Shown here: positions 39,367 through 49,367 of the stretch, piece by piece | Layout: every line of letters starts with the position of its first letter | How positions within the stretch are numbered: the first letter of the stretch is position 1 | Assembly: GCA_000004985.1 (NCBI GenBank) | Contig: GG738914.1 | Strand: one strand, 5' to 3' | Source: Naegleria gruberi | Lineage: Eukaryota | Length of the DNA stretch: 64,000 nt | Made by a program: the position numbers and the translations under genes | The notes under the pieces: model-generated | Told to the model about the DNA's origin: nothing | The model's input: the letters and a program-made list of their open reading frames with translations, nothing else | Databases searched by the model: none

Positions 39367-40698
39367 ATGTCTTTACTTGCTAGCAGGGCACAACTGAATT
39401 ATCCTAGATGTGTTTTTGTTTCATCAAATAATGAAGTTTATATTGCTGATGAAGGTAATCAAAGAATTAGAAAAGTAGTAGAGAATGGAAATATTGTAAC
39501 AATTGCAGGAAATGGAACTGCTGGATTCAGTGGTGATAATGGCCCTGCAACAAGTGCACAACTGTATAATCCTTTTGGTATTTTTGTTTCATCAAATAAT
39601 GAAGTTTATATTTCTGATTCTGGAAATAATAGAATTAGAAAAGTATTAGAAAATGGAAATATTATAACAATTGCTGGAAATGGAACTGTTGGATTCAGTG
39701 GTGATAATGGCCCTGCAACAAGTGCACAACTGTATAATCCTTTTGGTATTTTTGTTTCAGCAAATAATGAGGTTTATATTTCTGATTCTAACAATAATAT
39801 AATTAGAAAAATATTAGAAAATGGAAATATTGTAACAATTGCTGGAAATGGCACCAGGGGATTCAGTGGTGATTCACCATTTGATATTAGAATGTATCCT
39901 CATGTTGGAAATAGTAGCCTGTATTCCAAAATAGAATTTCATAATTTGAAAAAACATTCAAGAGATCAATTATTTGGATTGCAAATTTATGGATTCATTC
40001 CACTTATTGAAAAAACTTCACCAAAATTTTGTAATATTTTGAAGAATGAAAAGATACTTTGTTTGATGAGTTCATCGCAACAAGAAATTATTCAAAAATT
40101 AATTGACTCTTTGATGTATGATAAGAATAAGGTAAATTTTAGCAAAGAAGAAATCTTGGATGTTTTATTCATTTTGGGTTTATTTAAGAATGGTGAATTT
40201 ATTGATTTGAAAAGATCATTGACAAGTGAATTTGAGAACTCACTCACATTAGAAGGTCTTACTTTCAAATGGGAAACAATTGAAAATTTACTCAAAGTTT
40301 GCAAGGAAGAATTTAATGTTCAAAATTACATTCTTGATCATTTGAATAACTATTGTATTGAATATGCTGTTGTTCAAATGAGGACCAAAGAAGGAAACAC
40401 TTTATTACGGACTCTTCCAATAATTATGAGAAATGGTGTTGCCCTATTTTCAACAATGATTTTTACTCAACCAACTGCAATTAATGTTGAGGAAACAATT
40501 GAAAATGAACCACAAACAATTGAATCATTATATAATGACATGAACACAAGTGATGTGAAAATCAAAATGGGACAAAACAAATACTTATATTGCCACAAAA
40601 CTGTATTGAGTTCATCAAGTACATTCTTTAATGCATTATTTGAAAGTGGATCTTGTTTCAGTGATTTGAGTGATGATGGAGAATTCACACCTGACTAA
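39367..40698 (+). CDS. NHL-repeat + BTB/POZ protein, part before an in-frame TAA
   Basis: aaaaATG start (MSLLASRAQLNYPRC…). Three near-identical 59-aa NHL units (…NNEVYI(A/S)D.GN.RIRKV.ENGNI.TIAGNGT.GFSGDNGPATSAQLYNPFGIFVS…). The later DVKIKMGQNKYLYCHKTVLSSSSTFFNALFESG is the start of a BTB fold. TAA at 40696..40698. Confidence 0.75.
   Translation: MSLLASRAQLNYPRCVFVSSNNEVYIADEGNQRIRKVVENGNIVTIAGNGTAGFSGDNGPATSAQLYNPFGIFVSSNNEVYISDSGNNRIRKVLENGNIITIAGNGTVGFSGDNGPATSAQLYNPFGIFVSANNEVYISDSNNNIIRKILENGNIVTIAGNGTRGFSGDSPFDIRMYPHVGNSSLYSKIEFHNLKKHSRDQLFGLQIYGFIPLIEKTSPKFCNILKNEKILCLMSSSQQEIIQKLIDSLMYDKNKVNFSKEEILDVLFILGLFKNGEFIDLKRSLTSEFENSLTLEGLTFKWETIENLLKVCKEEFNVQNYILDHLNNYCIEYAVVQMRTKEGNTLLRTLPIIMRNGVALFSTMIFTQPTAINVEETIENEPQTIESLYNDMNTSDVKIKMGQNKYLYCHKTVLSSSSTFFNALFESGSCFSDLSDDGEFTPD
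39416..39900 (+). repeat. tandem ~177-nt nucleotide repeat, about 2.7 copies, encoding the NHL units
   Basis: The units beginning tcatcaaataatgaagtttatat… recur at about 39422, 39599 and 39776 with very high nucleotide identity, including at synonymous positions. Confidence 0.8.
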
Positions 40699-41049
40699 TC
40701 AGAAGATTTGGAATTATTGGAAATTGTGATCAAACATTGTTATGGAATTTCATTTGACAAAATTGATCCTGTTAAAATTATTGGATTACTTGATATGGCA
40801 ATGAAACATGAAATTCAATATCTGGTCGATTATTGCAAGAATAACTTTAATCTATCCATTGATAATTACTTTACTATGCTTGAAGCATGTGAAAATTATT
40901 TTGATTTACAACCATTTGAGCACTTTTTGAGAGAGATTGTCAAATTTAGCATCTCCAACAGAAAACAACTTTTCAGCGATCACAATGGAATTTCCAAATT
41001 ACCTGAAAAAGTTTGGCAAGAAATCTTAAAGCTTTCACAGGACTTTTGA
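40699..41049 (+). CDS. continuation of the BTB/BACK region in the same frame after the TAA at 40696..40698, either read through or pseudogenised
   Basis: SEDLELLEIVIKHCYGISFDKIDPVKIIGLLDMAMKHEIQYLVDYCKNN… corresponds to the C-terminal half of a BTB domain (…LL.F.YTG…LL.AA..L.I..L…C). It is collinear with the upstream half. There is no ATG of its own until a TTG. Confidence 0.55.
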   Translation, partial: SEDLELLEIVIKHCYGISFDKIDPVKIIGLLDMAMKHEIQYLVDYCKNNFNLSIDNYFTMLEACENYFDLQPFEHFLREIVKFSISNRKQLFSDHNGISKLPEKVWQEILKLSQDF

Positions 41050-41569
41050 GATTATTTTGAGATTGAGACGTTATAATTTAATTTTGAAGAACAATTTAAT
41101 TGGATCTTTTTGTGAATACACTGTTCTTTGCAAATAACAAATTGGTTTTCATTGGGTACTACTGCAGCAGTGAGAGATAGGAAAAAAGACTTTCATCCTT
41201 TTGGGAGAGTATTGCAACAGTTATAAGTATTGTTATTTATCATTCCGACAATTTAGTTCTATCAGGAATGATTGTTGAATTTCATTCTTCTCTAGAGTTG
41301 ATTCTCACAACCCAACAACAAACTGTTAAACAGTACATGGCTCGAGAAGTCAAAGTGTTCTCTCTTAGAAAACCTTCGACTAATAATAACACTGTATTAA
41401 GGCACCTTTAAAAACGCAAATTATTAAGCATGTTTAAACTCTAAAAAAAAATGAAAAGAAAAGTCACTACAATTCATGCTATGAAAAGCTGATTGCGTCC
41501 TCAGATAGCAAGAAGAGAAACATTAAAAACAATCATCAAATTATTCTTGATGAATCTATTGCAAGTCCA

Positions 41570-42883
41570 ATGCTAATTAAGAAAATCCGAGATGTTCCTT
41601 CATCACTAAAATACGAAACTATAGCCAAGCCAATTATTAATCAAGTTTTACATAGTAATGACGACCTTGTTAGTGATGACTATTATAACTTTGATTGTAA
41701 GAAACATGGTTTTTATTTAATTTCAAAACTCTTCACCTATAATGATAATAGAATGCTTAATTTGGCAATTAAAGTGATGAACATGTTGAATTTGTGGAAT
41801 AACAAATTCATTGTCATGATGATTGTAAAGATAAATCCAACAACAGTATTTGAAAACGCAAGTAAAGAACTGAAAAGAGACAGAGAAATTGTTTTAGAGG
41901 CTGTTGGGTGTAATCCTTGTGTTTTGAAATATTTATCTTATGATTTGATAAGTGACAGAGCAATTATTATGAAAGCAATGCAAATTAATGGACTAGCTCT
42001 TAAATATGCCTCAAAAGAATTACAAAATGACAGAGAAATAGTACTTCTTGCAGTTAAGAATAATGGAACGAGTCTAAACTATACTAATATTAGAAATGAC
42101 AGAGAAATTGAAATGGAAGCAGTTAAGAAAAATGGTCTTGCACTTGAATATGTCTCACACCATTTGAGTAATGACAAGGAAATTGTATTGACAGCTATTA
42201 ATCAAGACCTGAATGCTTTTATATATGCATCAATTGAAATACAAAATGATAGAGAACTTGTTTTGGAATTAGTTAAAAAATCTGCATGGATTTTTCAATT
42301 TGCTTCAAAAGAATTAAGAGGTGATAGAGAAATTGTTACAGAAGCTATTAAACGAAATGCTTACTGTGTTTATAGACATGTATCAAAAGAATTAAGAAAT
42401 GATAGACAGTTGGCATTGATAGCAATTAAACAACATGCAAGTTTACTTGAATACGCCTCAGAGGAAATTAGAAATGATAGAGAAATTGTAATGGAGGCAA
42501 TTAGGCGTGATGAGCAAACATTAGAAATGGCATCTGATCAATTGAAAAGTGACAAGTCATTTTTGTTGGAAATAGTTCAACAAAATTCCCAAATGTTAGA
42601 ATATTTCTCAGATGAATTAAGAAATGACAAGGAATTTATATTAGAATTAGTTAAAAAAAGTGCATCTACTATCAAATATGCTTCTTATAATTTACGAAAT
42701 GATAGAGAATTTATTCTAAAAGCTGTGAAACTAAATGGAATGGTACTAAAATATGCCACTCTTTTTAGAAATGATAGAGAAATTGTATTGGAGTCAATTA
42801 AGCAAGATATAAACACCTATGAATATGCCTCTCGTGATTTAAAAAAAGATAGAGAGGTTTTATTAGAAAAGTTATTTAATTGA
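41570..42883 (+). CDS. DUF4116-type tandem-repeat protein
   Basis: Twelve or more units of a ~30-aa repeat of the form …(L/I)(K/R)NDREIVLEAVK.NG.AL.YAS.EL…. Confidence 0.85.
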   Translation: MLIKKIRDVPSSLKYETIAKPIINQVLHSNDDLVSDDYYNFDCKKHGFYLISKLFTYNDNRMLNLAIKVMNMLNLWNNKFIVMMIVKINPTTVFENASKELKRDREIVLEAVGCNPCVLKYLSYDLISDRAIIMKAMQINGLALKYASKELQNDREIVLLAVKNNGTSLNYTNIRNDREIEMEAVKKNGLALEYVSHHLSNDKEIVLTAINQDLNAFIYASIEIQNDRELVLELVKKSAWIFQFASKELRGDREIVTEAIKRNAYCVYRHVSKELRNDRQLALIAIKQHASLLEYASEEIRNDREIVMEAIRRDEQTLEMASDQLKSDKSFLLEIVQQNSQMLEYFSDELRNDKEFILELVKKSASTIKYASYNLRNDREFILKAVKLNGMVLKYATLFRNDREIVLESIKQDINTYEYASRDLKKDREVLLEKLFN

Positions 42884-43353
42884 AAGAAACTTGTTTAATT
42901 TTCTTTAGATGAAAATAAAGTATAATATTTGATTGATTTTGGATGATATCCTAATTCAGCTTCTAGAAATTGTACAACAGTTCAAACCAAAGAATTATCT
43001 TGATTGCTCCGAGCCAATCTGTTAAAACATCATTTGTTCGAAACTCTCTAATACCAGACGAGGTCGGATTACTTGATGATGGAACCCAATGCTGCGTTGA
43101 TTGCATTCTAAAATTAATCAACAACGATTCACTAAACCTCATTGTTTGGAGTGGACTCTCTTGAGAATATTGACTTAAATCATTCCATTGATTAGAATGA
43201 ATCAGAATTTGATTCTAAATCCACTCTAATGAATAGAAAAACTATTTAGACACTAATTTTGAAAACAACCATCTTGTAATTCCCTCTGCAACCACTTGTT
43301 TTAGCTCTGACAGTTTTTGACTGGCATATACAATCCTTTCTTCATTCTCTCCT

Positions 43354-44184
43354 TTACAACAACTTCAAGGTCAAAGCCATTGATATTGTTAACAACCTCT
43401 TCGCTCTTTTTTCATCTAATCCAATACCGCCTTCTCCTGTTGAAATGATTAATAATTCTTCAATGGCATCCAGTGTCCAAGAGCAACAATCTTGCTTGTT
43501 TAATTCAAGTTGTTTTACCTGCAAAGTTCCTTTCTTCCTCTTTAGTGTAACTGGTGTTCTTTTGAATTGTAAAATCTCCTTCTCTCGCTTACATATCTTT
43601 TTGTAATCTTTGCTTTCATCTGATAAACCTTCTGTGGAAGAGCTTTCTACATCTGATATCAGATTTTCTACCTCTTCACAAGTACTGATATAATTAAATA
43701 CATCAGTCCAAGTTTTATCTTTGTTCGTCTTTGTTTTAGTAGTATTTGTGGGAGGTGCTGTATTTTCATCACTTGAATACTTGTTTTTAGAATTACCTTT
43801 CATTATGGAAAATTTGTGATGCTCATACGTTGAGGAATTTCTTCCTTCGAAATCAATAGCATACTCTGAAATCCAACTATTATACATTAGTTCCATAAAC
43901 TGTTTCAATCTGGTTATGCATCTTGAAAATACGTGAACCTGAACAGAGGTTTTTGCCTGATTGTTTTTCAAAGATGGTACACAATCTATTCTATTCACTT
44001 CTCCATAAACTACGGACTGTATGGCAAAGGCCCTTATCATCCTTTTCACTAGTTTTCCGGAAGGAACATAAATTGATAGAGTAAAATGGTTGGGAATTTC
44101 ATTATGTATGGATCCAATGGGAATTTCCCTCACTTCACCATCAATAAGGAGAGATACAGTTGTTTGTTGCTTACTGCTTAGCAT
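43354..44184 (-). CDS. hypothetical protein (first ATG at 44184; the track ORF starts at a TTG at 44217)
   Basis: 277-codon frame, acidic/Ser-rich middle region, no recognisable domain. Confidence 0.55.
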   Translation of the reverse strand: MLSSKQQTTVSLLIDGEVREIPIGSIHNEIPNHFTLSIYVPSGKLVKRMIRAFAIQSVVYGEVNRIDCVPSLKNNQAKTSVQVHVFSRCITRLKQFMELMYNSWISEYAIDFEGRNSSTYEHHKFSIMKGNSKNKYSSDENTAPPTNTTKTKTNKDKTWTDVFNYISTCEEVENLISDVESSSTEGLSDESKDYKKICKREKEILQFKRTPVTLKRKKGTLQVKQLELNKQDCCSWTLDAIEELLIISTGEGGIGLDEKRAKRLLTISMALTLKLL

Positions 44185-44312
44185 GATTATTTTTTTTTGT
44201 TCGAAATAATTGAACAATTTCTAAATTCCACAAATTACCAGATAAATGATTTATTATGAGCTGCGGCTATTGCACCTTCTTTCTTTTCAATGTTCATCAT
44301 CATTATCTTTAA

Positions 44313-45350
44313 TTAATGGAGATGCTTTTTACTTTGGTAGGAGTTTGACATGTTTCCAACAACCACATATGAAGCAAAGGCATCTCCCTGTGAAGGTGGA
44401 CACAATGACATGTTAGAATTCATTCTCATCAATCCCTCCTCCTCTTCCATATGACATCTTTGATGAGAAGGAGTTCTATTCGGAGAGTGTGTCTTCCTTA
44501 CTGTTTCACAAGGTGATGCTAATGAATCAATAGTAACATTGTTGTTATTGCATTCGAATTGTTCATGATGACATAGACAGTGTATCTTATTGGATTTAAA
44601 TCTTAGGATCGGAGAGAAATTGTTGTTCTTATTGTAATTGTTGGAGAGAGATGAAGGAAATTGAGCAGATTCTGGGAGTGTATTCTCATGGGGATTTAAT
44701 AAGGGTTCACATCTCTCTGATTGAATTCTTCTCAATTGAGCATGATGATCAAAGGATTTATGAGGGAAGGAAGAGGTGTTGTTTTCAAAAGCTTGTTTCT
44801 TTGAGGTTTCATGGGAAGGGAGAATGACTGGGTAGGATTGATTAGTTTCGTGAGTTTTCTTGTATTGGGAAGGACGAGAATTGGATTGATGAGAATGATT
44901 CAGGTTGGATTGTTGTCGATATTTGAGAAAGTTAGCTGAAATGCTAATCACATCATTTGTGCAAACACTTGAACTGACACAACTTTCATCTAGAGAACTG
45001 GTCAATGAGGAATTGACTGAATTGCAACTCTGAATTTCTTCTTCTTCCATTAAGGTGGAGCAATTACTCGAATTACAATAAACATCTTCACTGCGAGAGC
45101 TGGAGGAGAGATGAGTTGGAATGGAATTAAAGCTATCAATCATATGTTGTGGGTTTCTATTGTTGGGAGAGCTAGCTGATTTGGTAACATTTTGCTGGTG
45201 ATGATGAGATTGAGATGTTGTCGGGGATTGATACTTCTTATGATGGTGATGACTCGGTGTTGAATGCTTTCTTGTTTGGTTTGGTGATTTTTCTACGGCA
45301 ATCATTGAGGTAGAGATGGGAAGAATGGATAATGATTGTTTGGCTCCCAT
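44313..45350 (-). CDS. Ser/His/Asn-rich low-complexity protein beginning MGAKQS (N-myristoylation-type N-terminus)
   Basis: ATG at 45350. MGxxxS consensus. Most of the 345 aa are compositionally biased (S, H, N, Q, C). Confidence 0.6.
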   Translation of the reverse strand: MGAKQSLSILPISTSMIAVEKSPNQTRKHSTPSHHHHKKYQSPTTSQSHHHQQNVTKSASSPNNRNPQHMIDSFNSIPTHLSSSSRSEDVYCNSSNCSTLMEEEEIQSCNSVNSSLTSSLDESCVSSSVCTNDVISISANFLKYRQQSNLNHSHQSNSRPSQYKKTHETNQSYPVILPSHETSKKQAFENNTSSFPHKSFDHHAQLRRIQSERCEPLLNPHENTLPESAQFPSSLSNNYNKNNNFSPILRFKSNKIHCLCHHEQFECNNNNVTIDSLASPCETVRKTHSPNRTPSHQRCHMEEEEGLMRMNSNMSLCPPSQGDAFASYVVVGNMSNSYQSKKHLH

Positions 45351-45972
45351 CCCTTAATTAAATCTTCACTCGTTATATATACTGGTTATGTTGCTTTAAA
45401 TAAATTAATTGAGGAAGAGTGATGAAGAGAATATGGATTGTTGTTATTGAGGGTATTGGGGTGACCCTATAACGTGAGGACTACCTTAATATTTTCAACA
45501 ACTTGCATAAACACTCTTCACGTAGTGCTGTTTTTTTAATAATATATGATTTGGAAAATCTCGCTCATCAATGTGGAAATGATGAGACCTTATAGGGTAA
45601 TTAAGGCAACAGATTGAGGTCTCGCAAAAACAGCCAAAAACTCTCAATCTCTCCTCAACAATCCATTGGGTAGTCGCTTTGAATCGAACTTGTGTGAGAT
45701 ACAGCGTGGCGCTACTGAATCAGGTTAATAAACAAAAGGGCCAGTTTGAAATTATGTCTATTTCTGAAAGTGATTACTGTCACCAATATTGGTGAAAATA
45801 TATTTTGGTGCCTTTACTGAGCACATTAATAATTTGCAATTCAATTTTAACGAGAATAGAAGGTATTAATGTTATAAGGATTATATATTCGAATTTGATA
45901 TCAATCAAAAGGAAAAAAGGAATTGGTTCAAAAAGCACAAAATTGTTTACTGATTGCGTTGATTAATATTAT

Positions 45973-47058
45973 TTACATTGTAACTGATAAATATCGCTTG
46001 GGAGTGGATTGTGATCTCGATGCTGTATTTGGCTGATTAGTGGTACAAGGGGGTGTCTCTGGTCTTGTTACTGCAAGAAGAGGAATTGGGCCTGTTGCAT
46101 TAGGATTAAAAAGTGAGGTAATAGAAGCATTGGTTTGGAAACTAGATGTGGAGGTGTTAACACTGACCGATCTTCTTGATCTGTGTGTTGGACTCGTATT
46201 TGATGAGTCAACAATGTTTGAACTTCTCTTGTACATTTGTGCAACTGGAGGAGAGTGGACAACTTGTTGGGAAATTTGAGGAGTGAATGGAGAATCAGAA
46301 ATGAGGGTAGTTCTCTTCTTTGGAGTGGTATGAATACTGCTGCTGAAGTTGGAAGGGGATGAAGGTTGATAGATTGGTGTGACTTGATTTCTCTTTACAC
46401 TAGTGGATCTATTCAAGAGACTAATCATTGGAGGATGTGGTTGAAAGGCAGGTATCATCACTCCACCCAAAGAAGGAGAAAAGGAAACTACTGAAGAACT
46501 TGTTGAAAGTGATGAAAGAGAAGTTTCTGAAGAGATTGAACCTCTATGTCCAAGAATATCATGCTCATCAAATTGATTATTACTCGGAGTATGATAGAGT
46601 TGATTGGGATGAGCAACGGGTGAGAAGAGTTGAGGTGAATTGGAACGTACTGGCGATAGTTGAGGATGTGTTCTCTTACTAAGTCTTGGTGATTGTGACC
46701 TTTTAGGGCTTGAATTGTCATCATGATGAATATCGTAATAATCATTGTGTGAAATTTGTATTGGTGATGATGAATATTGTTGGTGATAATGAGAAGAAGG
46801 TGAATGATGATGTTGTTCTTCCTCAGTGACTCCATAGAGTAAACTTGGACTCGATCTAGTGGCTGTCTGTGGATGTACTACCTTACTTCTCAAATGCTGA
46901 TGACTATTTGCCTTTCTATTAGGATAGGCTTGCTTTTGTGTCTTTTCATAGTTATGCTCTGACTTTTTCAATAGTGATTCAATCTTCTTATTTTCCTTAG
47001 TATTGTCCTTCTTGTAGTAACTGGGCGAACGTATTGTTGTTGATGAATTGGATCCCAT
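45973..47058 (-). CDS. Ser/Pro/His-rich low-complexity protein beginning MGSNSS
   Basis: ATG at 47058. MGxxxS consensus. 361 aa of biased composition. Confidence 0.6.
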   Translation of the reverse strand: MGSNSSTTIRSPSYYKKDNTKENKKIESLLKKSEHNYEKTQKQAYPNRKANSHQHLRSKVVHPQTATRSSPSLLYGVTEEEQHHHSPSSHYHQQYSSSPIQISHNDYYDIHHDDNSSPKRSQSPRLSKRTHPQLSPVRSNSPQLFSPVAHPNQLYHTPSNNQFDEHDILGHRGSISSETSLSSLSTSSSVVSFSPSLGGVMIPAFQPHPPMISLLNRSTSVKRNQVTPIYQPSSPSNFSSSIHTTPKKRTTLISDSPFTPQISQQVVHSPPVAQMYKRSSNIVDSSNTSPTHRSRRSVSVNTSTSSFQTNASITSLFNPNATGPIPLLAVTRPETPPCTTNQPNTASRSQSTPKRYLSVTM

Positions 47059-47489
47059 CTCTTGGTGTTTTATATATATTTACTGTTGTTGTTGTTACGA
47101 AAATGGAAAAATCTTATTATTCATAATATTTATCAGGTTGTTAATGCTCTCCTTATTATAACTTGTTATTGTTATTGAATAAATTTTCAGTTGCGGATTA
47201 TGACTATTTGTTCAATGAGTGCAATCGCGTTATTCTTTTGTTTTTGAAAATGCTTTAGAGTTGTCTATTTTTTCGGTATGTTATACACCTTAGTGTGGCC
47301 GCCTAGTTGAACAACAAATTTTTCCTTCCTTGACCAAGATACGCTTCATATGGACATAAATTATCCGTTTCAAAAAAGTATAGAGAACCATGTTGGTTTC
47401 CTAACAAGGAATTCCACAGTTTTGAGACAGCAAGAGATACCTGGATTGTTTTTGATTTACAACAAGATATTGAAGCTTAATAACAAATA

Positions 47490-49367
47490 TTATTTATTTG
47501 CCGTCATTCTATAAGAGGAGAGATTTGAGTAGTTGCATGAAGCTGACACAGTACTCTTCCTCTTGTTGGGACTTGCGTTATTGAGGTTTCGTTTTTTCTT
47601 AGCAATGCGTGCCTTCTTCTCTGTATTTACACTCAGATGAGTTGTGGTGCCATTCTTATGGTCGAGAGTAAGGTGGTCAAGGGATTGAGCTGGGTTAGGT
47701 GGACAAGAAACTGCAATGAGAGGAACTACTGTAATGTTCTTACTCTCAAAAACACTGTGTCTTCTACGAGTGTCAAAAATTGCTGCAGCACTTTGATCTT
47801 TAGAATAAATACTGAATGGGGAGGATTTGTAGGAATGAGATGGATGTGATGGATTGTGTAATGAATCTGAATGTTGCTCGACTGTGACTTGTTCACGTCT
47901 TCCCATCAATTCATTGAACCAATTCTTTTGGAAATCGAGAGCAGCTGAACAGAATGATTTTCTCTCGTCTGAAGAAGAGAATAGAGACTGAGCCATGGAG
48001 GTTGTGGTGGTAGAGCTAGAGATGGAAGATCTGGAGAGTGCGTTGTCTGAGGTTGAGCTGTTTGTTGATTCTAGTTTTGTTGTAGCGGAACCTTTTTGCT
48101 TCCTTTTTACCGATTTTTCCTTAGAAGACTTTACAGGTGAGAATAACGGAGTATCAGTGTTATCAATACTGCTTTCTTCTTTTTTGGATATCTTATCCAG
48201 CTTCAGATTCGTTATATTTCCCTTTTTTGTTTCATTCTTCTTGTCAGATGTTTCAGGATTTTGTTGCATAACCTCGCTCTGCGTTGTGATGGTCTTTTCT
48301 TCCATCTTTGGCATAGCTTGAATATTAGTACATATTTCACCTTGTTCTGGTATTAAGGAAGATTGAGGTTTGGATAGCTTGAGCTTTCTCCTTGATGATG
48401 CGTGTGCATTGTTTTGAACTGCCAGAAAGACAATCTGTTTGGTTGCAGGACTTGGTGCAAAACTGTTAGATCGTTGTCTTTGTGGATGATCTGCATCTTG
48501 TGCTTGAAAATCTGCAGAGGATGGAAGAGGAATATCTGGAAGTGTTACTGAATGGTGCATCACTTCCTTCTTCTCCTTTTCTGGTTCTTCAATTAACGAG
48601 AAATCTTCCACACTCTCAACATGCATAACCCTTGTTGCTTCGAGAAGATTTTTAGAAGATCTATTCGGTATCTTGATTGATGAAACTGATTCCTCATTGC
48701 CCATAAACCACTTATTAGGGGATGGAGGAGAGGAGCTCTTCTGTTGAGATGTTTGCTGTTCTGATTCAGTAGTGTTACTGGTACTGTTTCTTATCAGCTT
48801 ACTGGTAGAGTTGTTTTGAGAAGAGATTGGAGAAGTGGTAGATTTTCTAGGTGAGATTGCAATACTTTCAATGGAGGATTGATGTGAAATACTTGTTGGT
48901 GTGGAATTCCCACTTCTATTGTCAGGTTGTTGTTGTTGTTGAATGGATACAGAAGAATTAGAGGATGATTGATGAATAATAGGATGGGTAGCAGTTGTGT
49001 TGGTTGAAGCATTGGTGGATTTTACATTTGTAGAATTAAGGGAAGATTTTGGATAATGCGCACTCGATGATGATGAGGCATAGCTCATTGAGGAAACTGA
49101 TTTCAATATTGCTCCTTGAGTGGCCGTTGTTGTATCTGTTTTGCTAGAAGCAGTGTGTTTCATCTTTGACAGTGTTATTGATGTTATTGTGTTGGTACTA
49201 TTAGATGATTTATGAGTAGGAGAAGTTTTCGAGGCCACTCTAATGGTTGTGGGAGACTCATCCATATTTAAATTGGCAGAGTACATACTTGGTGCTGATG
49301 AAGCCTTTGGAATATGATCAGCACTGCTGTGATGATATCTTCGATTACTACTGTGTCTATTGCCCAT
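47490..49367 (-). CDS. Ser/Thr-rich low-complexity protein beginning MGNRHSS. The track ORF extends to a TTG at 49601.
   Basis: First ATG at 49367, giving MGNRHSSNRR… About 625 aa, strongly Ser/Thr/Asn-biased. Confidence 0.55.
   Translation of the reverse strand: MGNRHSSNRRYHHSSADHIPKASSAPSMYSANLNMDESPTTIRVASKTSPTHKSSNSTNTITSITLSKMKHTASSKTDTTTATQGAILKSVSSMSYASSSSSAHYPKSSLNSTNVKSTNASTNTTATHPIIHQSSSNSSVSIQQQQQPDNRSGNSTPTSISHQSSIESIAISPRKSTTSPISSQNNSTSKLIRNSTSNTTESEQQTSQQKSSSPPSPNKWFMGNEESVSSIKIPNRSSKNLLEATRVMHVESVEDFSLIEEPEKEKKEVMHHSVTLPDIPLPSSADFQAQDADHPQRQRSNSFAPSPATKQIVFLAVQNNAHASSRRKLKLSKPQSSLIPEQGEICTNIQAMPKMEEKTITTQSEVMQQNPETSDKKNETKKGNITNLKLDKISKKEESSIDNTDTPLFSPVKSSKEKSVKRKQKGSATTKLESTNSSTSDNALSRSSISSSTTTTSMAQSLFSSSDERKSFCSAALDFQKNWFNELMGRREQVTVEQHSDSLHNPSHPSHSYKSSPFSIYSKDQSAAAIFDTRRRHSVFESKNITVVPLIAVSCPPNPAQSLDHLTLDHKNGTTTHLSVNTEKKARIAKKKRNLNNASPNKRKSTVSASCNYSNLSSYRMTANK

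Noticed and set aside
42970-43164. 64-aa ORF in the spacer after the DUF4116 gene
   Set aside because: It begins at a TTG, has no ATG or A-tract context and no domain. It lies in a 470-nt spacer that is more likely 3'UTR or promoter.
46040-48321. Antisense ORFs within the Ser-rich genes. Examples are 46428..46682, 46488..46835 and 47995..48321.
   Set aside because: They are low-complexity reverse-frame artefacts of Ser/Thr/His codon repeats.
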